Source: Amoebophrya sp. A120
Taxonomy: Eukaryota > Protista > Dinoflagellata
NCBI GenBank assembly: GCA_905178155.1
Contig: CAJINV010000001.1
Coordinates: 5,474,757 to 5,538,756 of the forward strand
Length of the DNA stretch: 64,000 nt
Direction of reading: 5' to 3'
Shown here: piece after piece, positions 48,381-60,274 of the stretch
How the letters are laid out: the number at the start of each line of letters is the position of its first letter
Numbering within the stretch: position 1 is the stretch's first letter
Notes under the pieces: model-generated
Databases searched by the model: none
What the model saw: only the letters and a program-made list of their open reading frames with translations
Told to the model about the DNA's origin: nothing
Position numbers and translations under genes: made by a program

Positions 48381-50261
48381 ATGACCCCCCAACCACCGCC
48401 ACGCGCCCGTCCGCAACCCGGGCAGTACGTCGGTCTTCGCGACTTACAGGGCGGTTTGAAAGTGGTGCAACTGAATGCCAACACCTCGATTAAATTTGGG
48501 AAGCACCCGACCGTCGACGCCAATCTGTTGCTGAAAACGCCCTTCGGCGCGACTTTGCTCTACCAAGAACATACCAACGAACAAACCGGAAGCACGACCC
48601 ATTCTTGGCAGCGTGCGGCGAGGACAGTTTTGGGCCAGTTGGAACACAACAAAGACGAAGATGGCAGCTCTCCCGCTGGGTTGGACTCTCTCGCGCCGGG
48701 AGGACAGCAGCAGCAGCAGGCGCAAGTTCCAGAAGTCGCGCAGCCAGACGCGGAGCAAACGCAGAGAGGGAAAAATAACCAGAACTTCAAGCAGGACAAC
48801 AGCGCGCAGTCGCTGACGCAGGAACAGATCCTGCAGATGAAGGACGAGGGGAAATCGGGGATTGATATGATAAAGGAAATTGCGGGCAGCAGCGCTACTT
48901 TCGCCGAAAAAACCGTGTTTTCGCAGGCGAAATACATCGCCAGGAAGCAGAAAAAGTACATCCACCAGCTGACCGTGCTGGAAGTCACGCCGATGTTGCT
49001 CTGCGAGTACTACGCCCAGGAGAAGCCCAGCAAAATCGCGCATCTGAAATTCGAAGTCCTCAGCGGGCTGCTGTGGCACGCAAACGTCTTCGGCTCAAGT
49101 TTCGGGAAAACAACAGCACGACCAACGGCCGAGAAGCAACCCCCAAGAGTTTTGGTATACGACGAAGTTGGTGGAATGCTCGCTGGCGCCGTGCACTACC
49201 GGATGTTTGGGCCCGGTGATTTGATGAGCAGTCGTAGTTCCACATCCACGACCTCGAGCAGTAGTATACTCGCTACTGGAACAAGTAACGCCTCACGGAA
49301 CGGCCTCTTCCGCATCCACCAGACTGTCGGGGCGCCGAACAAAGCGGGCGAGCAGCTCAACTGCCCCACCGCACGCGTACTGCCCTTCGATCTGGTGGAA
49401 AGCCTTCTTCTCGACGATGAAGCACCAAAGCAGAGTACAGCTACAGGATCATGTGCTGAGGATTGTAACAGAAGTCCCATGGAACAAGAAGTAGCCACGA
49501 ATAAGCAGAAGTTAATCGATGATTTTATCGCTTTGCCGGAAGAAATGAGAAGCCTCAACCTGGGAGCGCTGGAAGGAAAGGTCGCAGAGTACGAAGCAGA
49601 ATTGAAGGACAAAGGAACTACAGAAATCGTGGTTTCAGAGGCCAACAATGCGACGTCTAAAACGCCGTCTAATGTCGATGTAAACCCGAAATTCGTCGAA
49701 CGGCTCCGGCGGTGCGTGCTGCGCAAGAACCTGGTCGAGGATTTTTTCGCGAATACGAAAGTATCAACATCAAATGCAGCCGAACGTCAACCGAGCACAA
49801 AAACCGGCAGCATGGACACGTTCGTCGTCGCTTTGAACCCGAGCGGGCAGAACGGCGAGAATTCCGTTGACCCGATGCACCTCTGGAAACTCGCGGAACA
49901 AGTGCTCCGCGGGTCGGGCATTCTAGCCGTTTACTCCACGCAGTTCCAGCCGTTGGCGGAGCTGCAGCGAAAATTGCGGGAGACGAGCGGCAAACCCGAG
50001 CTGCGAGTCCGGTGGACCCACGTGAAAATGCACGAATACTTCACGCGGGAGTGGCAGGTGCTTCCGATGCGCACCCACCCGGTAATGGACAGTTGTTTGA
50101 ATCTCGTACAGGGCTTTGTGCTGTGCGCGACCATGCTGCGGGTCGACACGGAAGCGGAGGCGCACGACCTGGAATCCCGTGAGCGCGCGGAGGCCTTTGC
50201 GAAAGCAAACAATCTAGGCTTGATGCAGCAGCATTCCAAACGACGCCGAGTGAGGAAATAA
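48381..50261 (+). CDS. TRM6: tRNA (adenine58-N1)-methyltransferase non-catalytic subunit Trm6/Gcd10
   Basis: QSLTQEQILQMK..S.TFAEKTVFSQAKYIARKQKKY and REWQVLPMRTHPVM. Confidence 0.9.
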   Translation: MTPQPPPRARPQPGQYVGLRDLQGGLKVVQLNANTSIKFGKHPTVDANLLLKTPFGATLLYQEHTNEQTGSTTHSWQRAARTVLGQLEHNKDEDGSSPAGLDSLAPGGQQQQQAQVPEVAQPDAEQTQRGKNNQNFKQDNSAQSLTQEQILQMKDEGKSGIDMIKEIAGSSATFAEKTVFSQAKYIARKQKKYIHQLTVLEVTPMLLCEYYAQEKPSKIAHLKFEVLSGLLWHANVFGSSFGKTTARPTAEKQPPRVLVYDEVGGMLAGAVHYRMFGPGDLMSSRSSTSTTSSSSILATGTSNASRNGLFRIHQTVGAPNKAGEQLNCPTARVLPFDLVESLLLDDEAPKQSTATGSCAEDCNRSPMEQEVATNKQKLIDDFIALPEEMRSLNLGALEGKVAEYEAELKDKGTTEIVVSEANNATSKTPSNVDVNPKFVERLRRCVLRKNLVEDFFANTKVSTSNAAERQPSTKTGSMDTFVVALNPSGQNGENSVDPMHLWKLAEQVLRGSGILAVYSTQFQPLAELQRKLRETSGKPELRVRWTHVKMHEYFTREWQVLPMRTHPVMDSCLNLVQGFVLCATMLRVDTEAEAHDLESRERAEAFAKANNLGLMQQHSKRRRVRK

Positions 50262-51145
50262 GGGAACTGGAGGACACGACCGTTGAGTGACTTAAAAATG
50301 TGCGGACACATCAAATTGCGCTCTTTCGGATCTGGGCGACGGCCATTTGAAATTGTCCTACAACGTCTTCCTCAAACGAATCACGGTTTGTTGTTTTGCA
50401 AAACGCTGTATTGCAGTGAGCCGCTACGTCCATCGAGGGCGACCTCATTTGACGTCAGAAAAGTTTATTTTCGACTCGATGGAACCGGATAGACCACCTC
50501 GCTGTGATCTTTGTGGGATCGAATTGCACTGCTGCCGATGTTCGTGTTCCTGCAATTACTTATTGCGACGTATGCTAAAAGTATGTAGCTTCTCCGGGCC
50601 GAAAGCAAAATCAGAAGAAGTGTCTGCAACATGTTTACAAATTATTTGTGTCCACCTTTGAGGACATCGACATGGGCAACGAGGTAAACTCGTAACCACG
50701 TAAAGCACTACCTTCGTACAAAGCGCGTAGATGTAGGGCGGGAGGACGTGTTGATAGTAGAAGTCATTTCTTCTTTGTTTTTTCCCGTTCGTTGACGCTA
50801 GTTGCTACTGCGGATAAGTGAGTAAAAGTCGTAGCCATGTAGGAGTCGTTGTCGTTGCTTTCCTTTACTCACGTTCTCATGAACTAGCAGCATACAACCG
50901 AAACTGTCGGCAAAGCCGCTCATAAGTACTTAAAATGAAAATCGAAATGAACATACCAAATGAATGTGGATGCGTGATAGAGCTTCACTGGGTTTTTCTG
51001 CTACGGAGTAAACAAAGTTTTTCAGCACTGAAAGTAAGGCGGAGAAGATTTCAGTCTCACTGCTAAAAAGGAACCATTGCAAGCGTTTATCGTATCTACT
51101 CTACACGTAATAACTGGTCGCGAACTACTTAACAAAGGAGGCAAA

Positions 51146-54100
51146 ATGTCGGTGGAGGAAGATAAGCCGGATGATAAGCTCCCGGTGACAGTTTGGGTGG
51201 AAGATCCAGTGGACGGCTTTGTACCCGGTGAGATCGTAAACTACGCTACTCGATCGGCAGGCGACAGTTACGAAGTGGGCATCTTGTCCAAAAGTCAGCA
51301 GAAAGGTGCCAGCAAACTGTTGGTTGGAAAGTCACGGGCATCCAGCAGTTCGAGCAAGGGGGCCTATGTCGAGACAAGGACGTTTGCGAATGAGGCTGCT
51401 TTGCGCGGTCGCAGCGACAAGGCCGAAAAAACGTTCGACGATTGTGCCGGCATGCTGTGGTTGCATGATGCCGGCATACTGGATAATCTACGCCAGCGGT
51501 AACTGTTTTTTCAGTTTTACTAATTTTTGTTTGTATACACTTCGAAAACCAAAATGTGAATGTTGAGTCAACTGTACTCTCCCCACATGCTGAGGTAAGA
51601 GGTAATATCATCCTGCAACTTGCTTCATCTTCGCGCAGTGATCATCAACAAAATCAGGTATTTGGAGGACAAGATCTATAGCTACACGTCGACGGTTTTA
51701 TTTGCCGTGAATCCGTACAAACCGATAGAAGGACTATACACCGAGGAGCAGAAATCCATGTACCACAAGTTACCGTCATTGCACAGCAAACCCCCGCACC
51801 CTTATGCGATAGGCGACCTCGCGTACCGAAAGCTTGTGCATGATCGCGAGGACCAAGCGATTCTCATATCGGGTGAGAGTGGAGCAGGCAAGACGCAAAC
51901 GGCAAAAATAGTAATGGGATTTCTGGTCGAAAACTCCTCCACGCGAACCAAGGGCACAACAGACGACGCAGCTTCGCTAGATAATATGATCCTTCGCTGT
52001 GCGACGCCGATCCTGGAATCGCTGGGAAACGCCACCACGATCCGCAACAACAACTCGAGTCGCTTTGGGAAATTCAGCATGCTAGTTTTCAACGCGAGAG
52101 GCGACCTCGTAGGAGGCGAGATCCGCACCTACTTGCTCGAGAGCAGTCGCGTTGCAAAGTTTGGGGCTGGAGAACGCACGTAGAAATTCTTTCTACTCTG
52201 TTGATTTTTTCACAATAGCCTTCGCACATCCGCCACACTCTTATTCTTTTCTTTTCGCATGATATTGCAGCAGTTTCTTTCGCAGTGCTTAGTAGAATTT
52301 ACATGGTGTATTTTTAACACAGGTATCATATTTTTTACGAGATCCTCGCAGGAGCCTCTGCCGAGCAGCTAAAGAAACTTGGCCTGCAGAAAAACTCGAA
52401 ATACGCACTTCTCTACGGAAGAGATCAGGTTACGCAAGTTGCTACTCCACACCGAGGAGCGGAAGAAGCGACGAACTTCACAGCGTTCTGCACCGGCTTG
52501 AAAATTATGAACTTCTCCCCGGAACAAATCGAAGAGGTGCTCGAGACGCTCGGAGGCCTGATCCACCTGTTTGAACTTGATTTTGAGGAAGCAGCGAGTG
52601 GACAAGGTATTCAAGTAGTAGAATCGCCCCACGTTGCTGAAGCTGCGCGTCTTCTCGGTATGTCGGCGGAGTCTCTCTGCGAGTCCTTGTGCAAGAAGAC
52701 AGTGATCCGGCCTAAGCGAAACAACCAGGGCCGTGACTCCATTTTCAAAACTGACCGGACACCAGCACAAGCGAAGAATGCACAGGAAGCATTGGTGAAA
52801 ATGCTGTACAAACGCCTCTTCGAGCACATTGTGGCGCAGATCAACAGCTCCCTCCTCGTGGCGGGTCAAACCCAGAACTTAGCCGAATCTAGTCGGCGTC
52901 AGATAGGAATCTTGGACATCTACGGCTTCGAACAATTGAAACTCAATTCCTTCGAACAGCTGTGCATCAACCTGGCGAACGAGCGACTACAGGAGTTTTT
53001 CTGTGACAAAGTGATATTGGCAGAGCAGGAGATGTACCGCAAAGAAGGCCTTCCCGCCATTTCACTACAAGTCGAGTCAAGTGGTATTTTTCATCTGCGT
53101 TTGCATCTCTTGTATTTTTTCACAATTTTCTTGCATTTCCATTCTATATCTATACCAAGATTGTTTTGTTGTACTTATTGAGAAACATACACTCTCGACA
53201 GAGCCACTCTTGGACGCAATTGGTTGCACGCTCAACACGCTACACGAGCACGGGCTCATGACTACGAAATAGAAAAGTGCTTGCGTATCTTCAACAAAAG
53301 CTGTGCGATATGTATAGGAAGGACGCAGAAGGAAACAACAGTCACCATTCCCCTTGCAGGGAACGCGTCAAACAATTCCAAATACTCGCACGAGGGACCG
53401 TTTTTTACGGCGGCCAAACAGATTTCGATTTGCGTCAAAAAGTCCCCAAAGCCATTTTGTTTTCGAATCCTCAGCAAGCATGAATTTCTTTTTTCCATAC
53501 TGTTCGCGAAGAATGTGCGAACCACTGACGAGCGCTTTACGGCGGACGTTCATAAGAAGTTTGGCACGCACATGTGTAAACTGAAGCGTGGAGGCGGAAA
53601 GAAGAACCAGGACTATGGTAGGATGTCTAGTCTTTGAAATGAATATACATCAACATCATGCCGCCCGAGCAAGTCTTATCTTATTTTTTCAATGGTTGAA
53701 TCTGAATGCTGCGCTCGGGCTCGCTGAATGTTTGCGACGCCATGGAGTATATTCTTCCCTTTACAAAAAACAGATGCCAATCTGAGCTTTGTGGTGAACC
53801 ACTACGCTGGAGAAGTCAACTATTCAACAGCGGGGTGGCTCGAAAAGAATAACGCGACATTATCGACAGAAGCAGAAATGTTGATTTCCTGCAGTGACCA
53901 CAAGGTCGTCGCGCGGCTCCAGGGCGAAGCACAATCCGCTGCGACAAGCGTTGGGCGCAAATATCTGGCCGACCTCGACTTGCTGCTGTCCACGCTTGAC
54001 GCCTGTTCTCTGCACTACATTCGCTGCTTCAAACCAAATTTGAGCCAGAAGCCGAGCCTGTGGGAGGGAGGAGTGATCTTGGATCAAATGCGGCAGTCAG

Positions 54101-57100
54101 GTGGCATTGACTTGGTAAAAATCATGCACGAGGGCTATCCGAACCGCTGCAGTTTCGACTACCTGGTAGAGCGGTACCAGTCCAAGCTTCCGGATTTCAA
54201 GGACGAGCAGCCGCGAACGTTCCTCGGTGCGCTGATGTTAGCTTTCGAAATCCCGAAATCAGATTACGTGATCGGAGCCAGCCGACTGTTTTTGAAAAGT
54301 GGTTGCTTGGCCGTCCTCGACCAGCTGACTGACAGCGGCGACGCGATCCCGCCGGAAGTGTTGAAGCGCCTCAAGAAAGTCATCCTGCAAAAGAAGCGAC
54401 GACGCTGTTTCCAGGCCGTGGCCCTCTGTTTGTACCTTCCCAAGTTTTTGGCCAGAGCGAAAAAGGAGAAGAACCTGAAAATGCTGAAAATCTGCGCCAT
54501 CAACTACTACCGACTGAACCGGTGGGCTTCGCGCGCCAAAAAAACGCTTCGCGATCAACGGGTTGCTGCAGCCATCGAAAAACTTCGCAAGACGTGGCGC
54601 CTAGGTCGGGTCATCGTGAGGCTTTTGCGAAACGCCCGGCGCCGCATCGCGTGCAGGAGGAACCAGGACATCGCATTCCGGCTCTACCCGGCAATGTGCC
54701 GCGCACTGAGAAAGTGGATTCTGCGGGAGCGGGAAAAGGTAAAGCGACGGATCGTGTTGTGGAATGCCGTGAAGCACTACGTAACCGTGCACAGATTCCT
54801 CAGTCGTCGCATCAAGCAGTGGAAGCAGCAGCAAAGAAAGCAGTTGCGGCAGGCGCTCGACCAAAATCTGCTGATTTTCCGGACCATTGTCCTCCTCAGG
54901 CGCCGACTCACGTCAGGGTGCATAAAGGTGCTTCCGCAGAGTCGAAGCAAAGTGTACACTGTCCGGGAGTTTGCCACGTTGCAAAAACGCAAACCTCTGT
55001 CCGCATTGCAGCGAGCACGAAGGAAGATCCGAGTGAAGCAATTATTTGCAGCGTTTTACAGACGCGCACTGTTTGTGACATTTCTGCGCCGTTACCAGCG
55101 AAGCCGAAAAGCTGGAGGGAAAGGACCTGCATCCGCCCCCACAACGCGTGTGATAGTTGTTTCCGACAAGCTATCGTTGGAGCGCCGTATGCGGAATCAC
55201 GAACTTTGGACCCACTTGTACCGCTTCGCGCTGATGGTGAAGCCGTGGAAAAGGTACGTGCGACGATTTCGCGCAAACAAGAAGCGTGGCCTGCGCACGT
55301 CAGTGCACATCAACCAGCAGGGGGAACAGCCGGTCGCACCGGGAGCAGAGAGCTCCACCGCCCCGGGCGACACCAGTGCGACGGTGCCGGTAACAGGGGA
55401 GCAGGTTGCCACGATGATGGAGTATCAAATGCAAAAATGTCTGGGTCTGGAGGAGTGAAACTTGTAATGCTGTCTGCGAATTCTGAAAATATCTGTGTTG
55501 CATGAGCAGCACGAGGAGTCAGTTCTTGGAACGCGGAGAGGGCATTTGTCATGCGTAATTAGTATCTAGAAGCTCTCAAAAAATCTGTGATGCTAGCACC
55601 AGCATCACAGACCTGACTGGTCATGCAAAATGTGCATGTCTATGGCAAATGTGCAATGTCTATTGCAAAATGTGCATGACAAGCCCCGACTCTTCCAGAC
55701 CCAGACATTTTTGCAGTTCATATAGAGATGATGCGGGCGATGCAGGAGGAGATCAAAGCTTTGCGGGCGGAGAAGAGCGACCACTCAGAGAAAAAGCGTC
55801 GCGTCCCATCCTCGTTTGACCGCAGGTCCGTCGGTGACGGCAACGAGGACGGCCGACAGTCCATCGGCACACCACCGCTCGACGGCGAGCAGAACAACAG
55901 TCTGATTTGGTCTGACGTCTCCTCCGTGAAGCCCAGTCCCAGCACCGAGTCCTGGGGAAATGCCTTCGACGACATCGGGGCCGCCATACAGTCAAGAAAC
56001 GGAGCCAAGGGCTTGGTGATGACCGGGCGCGGGACAGGCATGAACGACAGTCTGGAATTACACCCGGCGCAATCAGTGGATCTGGAAGCAGGAGCCGCTA
56101 CTACCAGCAGTCGCGGCCGGTGCAGCGTGAACTCCGTGTCTCCCTCCAAGCGGCAAGCGTGCCACATCGCGCAGAGCGGCAACGCCTCCCTTTCCTTCAA
56201 CAGCAAAACGCCGAAGCACGCGCCGGCTGGTGCCAGTACGAATACGCATGACCCCCACGGCGACAACAGTTCTTGCAGCGGCGCGACGAGTACGCGGAGT
56301 AACACGACGGTGGAGGGCGGTCGGGAGAGTAAGAAGGCGGGAGCGGTAGAGAAAAATCAGCAATTCGATATCAGTGGCTTCGCGAACAACACCGGCTTGG
56401 ATCTGGACCGCATGACAAGGGCAAAGAACAACCCGCGCTTCAACATCGATCTCGGCCGTGCGCTGGGGAGGCAGGGCAAGAAAAGTGCACTGAGTGCTAA
56501 GAGAATCGAGGGTGTGCCCGATCTGGGGACCAGCAGTCCGCAGGAACTGCAACTGGGTGATAATGCTTGTTCGCCCCCCGCGGCCGGGTTTTTCCAAGAT
56601 CGCCCCCACGTTCCGAAGCTGAACTTTCAGCCCGGGTCCCGGATCGACAAAGAGTTCGGCCCGAAAGACCAGGAAGAGCGCAGCAGCCCGGTGAGCAGCA
56701 CCTTCACGTCGGTGTCCCAACGGACCCCGAGAGACAGCACGCACTCCGCCCGCGGGGCGCCGCACCAAACGATGACGCCGAACGGACACGGTGGTCGCGG
56801 GGCTGCTCAGGGCTTTTATCCGAGCAGGTAATTTTTTTGTTTAGCATTACCATTAGCATTGCCTGATCTATCTGAGCGCGTTTACCGACAAGAAAAAGAT
56901 TAAGATAAAGAAAATTCGGTTGGTTTGATTTTGTCAAGTACTTCTATCATAGATAATAATGTGATCTATCCTCCTCTTTCAAACACAGCAACGGCAGTAT
57001 GTCCGCTCGCGGCACCCGGATGGAGAGCACGCAGTACCAGCAGCAGGCCATGTTCTACCCCCAATACCCACCCCCCGGCTGGTGCTACAACGGTGCCATG

Positions 57101-57589
57101 CCCCCGCCCGGCAGTACCATGATTCCCGAGCACGGGGATCAGCAGGAGCCCGAACCGCTGATGTCTTCGCACACGACTGACAGCTCCACGCGCTCTCGGT
57201 CCGTGGCGTCCTCTGGTTCCGGACGGTACCAACCAAACAGTTACAACCCGGGGTTCAATCCGCAGTTTTGCCCCCCCGGCGGACCGCAATTTGGGGGCCC
57301 ACCTCCACCCCCCGGATACGCAGGACCGGACGATGTGCTCTACGATCGCTGGGGCCGACCGGTCATGGGCTACGGCTTCGCCCCCCACCCGCACGGAATG
57401 CCGGGTTTCCCGCCAGGAAGCAGCGCCGGTGGGCCGATGGACGAGTACAATGGTACTGCGGGCCGTCGACACTCGCAACCCGAACAGAATAAGGATCCGA
57501 AGTCTTCACCGAATCGGCCTGGAAACATGATCACGAGGTTTGTCGGAGGAATTTTCGGCGGGGGAAGCAGCAGCAAAAACAAAAAGTGA
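51146..57589 (+). CDS. Myosin heavy chain with atypical basic/aromatic neck and low-complexity, Pro-rich tail
   Basis: GESGAGKT, LESLGNATTIRNNNSSRFGK, YHIFY, LDIYGFE, NSFEQLCINLANERLQ, HYAGEVNY, HYIRCFKPN. Exons about 51146-51498, 51658-52179, 52323-53083, 53202-53261, 53504-53617, 53774-55421, 55727-56827, 56989-57589. Confidence 0.9.
53262..53503 (+). mobile_element. Degenerate inverted-repeat non-canonical intron in the myosin motor domain
   Basis: TACGAAATAGAAAAGTGCTTGC from 53263 vs GCAAGCATGAATTTCTTTTTTCCATA ending 53499. In-frame stop at 53270; no GT-AG pair checked joins LHEHGLM to AKNVRTTDERF in frame. Confidence 0.6.
55423..55722. mobile_element. 300-bp MITE-like element with 34-bp TIRs acting as an intron in the myosin tail
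   Basis: TATCAAATGCAAAAATGTCTGGGTCTGGAGGAGT vs 55689-55722 match at 31/34; flanks TGGAG/TAGAG (4/5); removing 305 nt gives MME|MMRAMQEE; internal GCAAA(A)TGTGCA(A)TG x3. Confidence 0.9.
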
Positions 57590-58755
57590 GAAGTCGAGGA
57601 GGAGGTGGTGAAACAGTTGCACCAGCTTCCAGGCGGTTGAGAAATTCGATAGCGCTTCCGACAACTCCAACTGCATCCCTAGAAGACGCTTTGAAGCAAA
57701 TGATTTGATTTTTTCTACGTTTACACTTTACGTTTACTTTTCTTTAGAAGATGATTACACTTGACGCAATGGCAATGGACGACAGATCGACTCGAACATC
57801 ATACGTGGATGCCGCCTCTGGTCGTACTGTGTAGACGTGCTTGAGTTGTCTGCATCAGCAACGCCCCAGGCGGCGTGTTAGGAAGATCAACCACATCCAA
57901 AATTTCGCTTTTCCAGTAGTACCTTACCTCTCGCCCTGAATTGACTTTTCAACGAGAGTGTGATGCGCTGCTGCTGATACGAATGGGTTGATTTTTTTGC
58001 AACATTTCCTTGGTTGATTCCTTACTTTTTAATGTACATCTTATTTGATACTTATTTTCACATTGACATACTCAGTTTGAGCAATTTCATAGACAAATGA
58101 ACCTCGCCGAGGATAATTTTCCTTTCCGAATATCAGTAATTATTCTTACAATCAACGCAACGCGCTACTTACACCCGTGCGGACTTTCATCAAATTTACG
58201 AGTAGACTGGCAGGTAGGAGAAAGAAAAGGCTTGCGATCTCGGGATTAGTGAAACAAGCTGCTGAGCGACGACAGTAAACTTTCACAGGCGGACATGAAG
58301 GCCATTTGGTCGCAGGCGAAGATGAGTAACTTGCTTCTTCTTTCTTCTACCTAAAACAAAGTGCTCACACAATTCACGATGCAGCTGCTGATGAATGGTA
58401 CAATTTTTTGGCCGATAGCCACATCAAAAGTCCTCTTCTCGTCTCGAAAGTAAAACTATGGAAAGACCCACGAAGTACGCGAGGCTTCGAGTAGAATACT
58501 CGATCGCAGTTTCACCAGAAGAAAAATTTTAGAACTTTTGAAATCAGGTTACTCACCTTGATTCCCGAGACGGGAGATTTGACGAGGTATCTACGCAGCT
58601 GTTCAAAAGACTGAGAGTCAGGACGGATTTTGTTTCATTCTCCTATTCATTCTGCTTGCCCTTCTGATGATACTGATTCGAGCCAATGCCTCCAACGGCC
58701 CAGCCTCTCGCAAAAATTTTACGTCTGCTAAACGCTTTTACTGAGCAAAATAAAA

Positions 58756-59667
58756 ATGATCGTGGTTCCATCGACATCGTTTCTTCCCATCCTGTCAATT
58801 CTCATCTTTGCGCATGCAACCACCGGCTCTTTTGCTCAAGTCGTCCCGGAATCCCTCGCCGGGGTGGCGGCACCACCGAACGTTCCGTCCTTATCCGGAG
58901 ATGCGCCGTTGCCTGCTCTCGGAAAAAACGGCAACAACGCGGCTGCGAATGTGGTGCACGTGCAGAAACCCCTGACCAAGTCCATTGCCGACCAAGTGAC
59001 TGATCTGTTGAACCAGGTCGGACGACAGAAGGAGGCAAACGTAATTTCCAAACTTCTGAACCGGGGGCTAGGGCCCAGCGCCGGAGAAGAACTGCAGGAC
59101 CCGACAAAACAACTTGCTTCGCCGGAAAATGGTGCTGAGACCGAGGAAGCTGCGCTTGCGAATCTCCTCCCGGGAACTTCTACAAAGAATCTCCCATCCC
59201 GCGACTCAGTCGGTAATCGCATCAAGCACTGGCAGCCGCCGGAGGAAGCAGCGCCGCTTGCGGTCGAGGGAGCGCTGGCCGCGATGCAGCGGAGGCAGTT
59301 GGAAAACGCGAAGGAAAAGGTCGACGCGGAGAAGAAGAAAGTTCGGGACCTACAGCTGAAGAAGGAAAAAAAAAGAATCGAGAAGGAGTCTCTGCAGCGA
59401 AAAGTCAAAGCGTTGGAGGAAGAATTGCAGCGGTTGACCGACCAGGAGAAGCGCGCGCAGAACACGCTGGAAATGCGGGAAAAACACGCCCAGGGGATCG
59501 AAAACCGAATGAAGGAATTGGAAGGGATTTTGAACGAATCACAACTCGCTTTCGATCCAACGGAAGAAACACGAGCGGAATCGATCGCGGAAAAGCTCGG
59601 GAATTCTATCCCGACTGAGACCACAAACACAACTAGCGCATCGTCGTCGGAAGATTCTGAGCTGTGA
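58756..59667 (+). CDS. Secreted coiled-coil hypothetical protein
   Basis: Signal-peptide-like N-terminus (FLPILSILIFAHATTG) and K/E-rich coiled coil. Confidence 0.7.
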   Translation: MIVVPSTSFLPILSILIFAHATTGSFAQVVPESLAGVAAPPNVPSLSGDAPLPALGKNGNNAAANVVHVQKPLTKSIADQVTDLLNQVGRQKEANVISKLLNRGLGPSAGEELQDPTKQLASPENGAETEEAALANLLPGTSTKNLPSRDSVGNRIKHWQPPEEAAPLAVEGALAAMQRRQLENAKEKVDAEKKKVRDLQLKKEKKRIEKESLQRKVKALEEELQRLTDQEKRAQNTLEMREKHAQGIENRMKELEGILNESQLAFDPTEETRAESIAEKLGNSIPTETTNTTSASSSEDSEL

Positions 59668-59839
59668 TGGATTTTTTTTTTCAATTTTTTGACCGGATAA
59701 AAAAATAGTTGCCTAATAATCACGCTCACCTTGTTTCTGCTGATATCCATGGAAAACCATATCCCCTATCAAATCCACGACCTACAGTCGAAAATTGAAC
59801 CAACCGAACCCAAAGATTATTTTCCACAATCTGAATCTT

Positions 59840-60215
59840 TCAAATATGGAATTTTGAAATCACGATGGAAAATCGATGGAAAATCGATTCAATGATGGAA
59901 TTCTTGATCATTTATTCAAATCTTGAAATCCCATATGGAATGCATATATGATACATTTTCGAAGAATATTTTCAACAGAATCCAGAGAATATTTTCATCT
60001 CACAAATATCAATATCATATGGAATTTTGAATTCTCGATGGGAAATCGTTTCATCGATGGAATTCTTGATGATTTATCCAAATCTCGAAATCCCATATCG
60101 AATCCATGATCCATCATCGAAAATTCCATCAAGAGAATCCAAAAAAGAAATAATTTTCTGAATCTCTCTATCAAATATGATTGAATGTCGATCAAATATG
60201 GAATTTTGAAATCTT
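59840..60215. repeat. Degenerate AT-rich tandem repeat, ~170-180 bp period
   Basis: ATATGGAATTTTGAA at about 59844, 60017 and 60196; the first two copies also share GATGGAATTCTTGAT...AAATC..GAAATCCCATAT. Confidence 0.7.
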
Positions 60216-60274
60216 TTCTTTTCTTGTTTTTCTGTCATATCTGGATATGATTCAAATTGTCTCATAGGTTCGAG

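Noticed and set aside
53071-53201. GTCGAG...CTCGAC inverted repeat as another introner
   Set aside because: Only 6 bp long, and a canonical in-frame GT-AG intron (53084-53201) explains the gap.
24287-55722. Stop-codon reassignment, readthrough or sequencing frameshifts as the cause of the split ORFs
   Set aside because: The breaks change frame and coincide with discrete IR-bounded inserts; TAA, TAG and TGA all terminate conserved proteins normally here.
301-59750. Long minus-strand ORFs (e.g. 3063-4364, 19102-19965, 44665-45468, 58836-59750)
   Set aside because: They are antisense shadows of GC-rich + strand genes and have no recognisable motifs.
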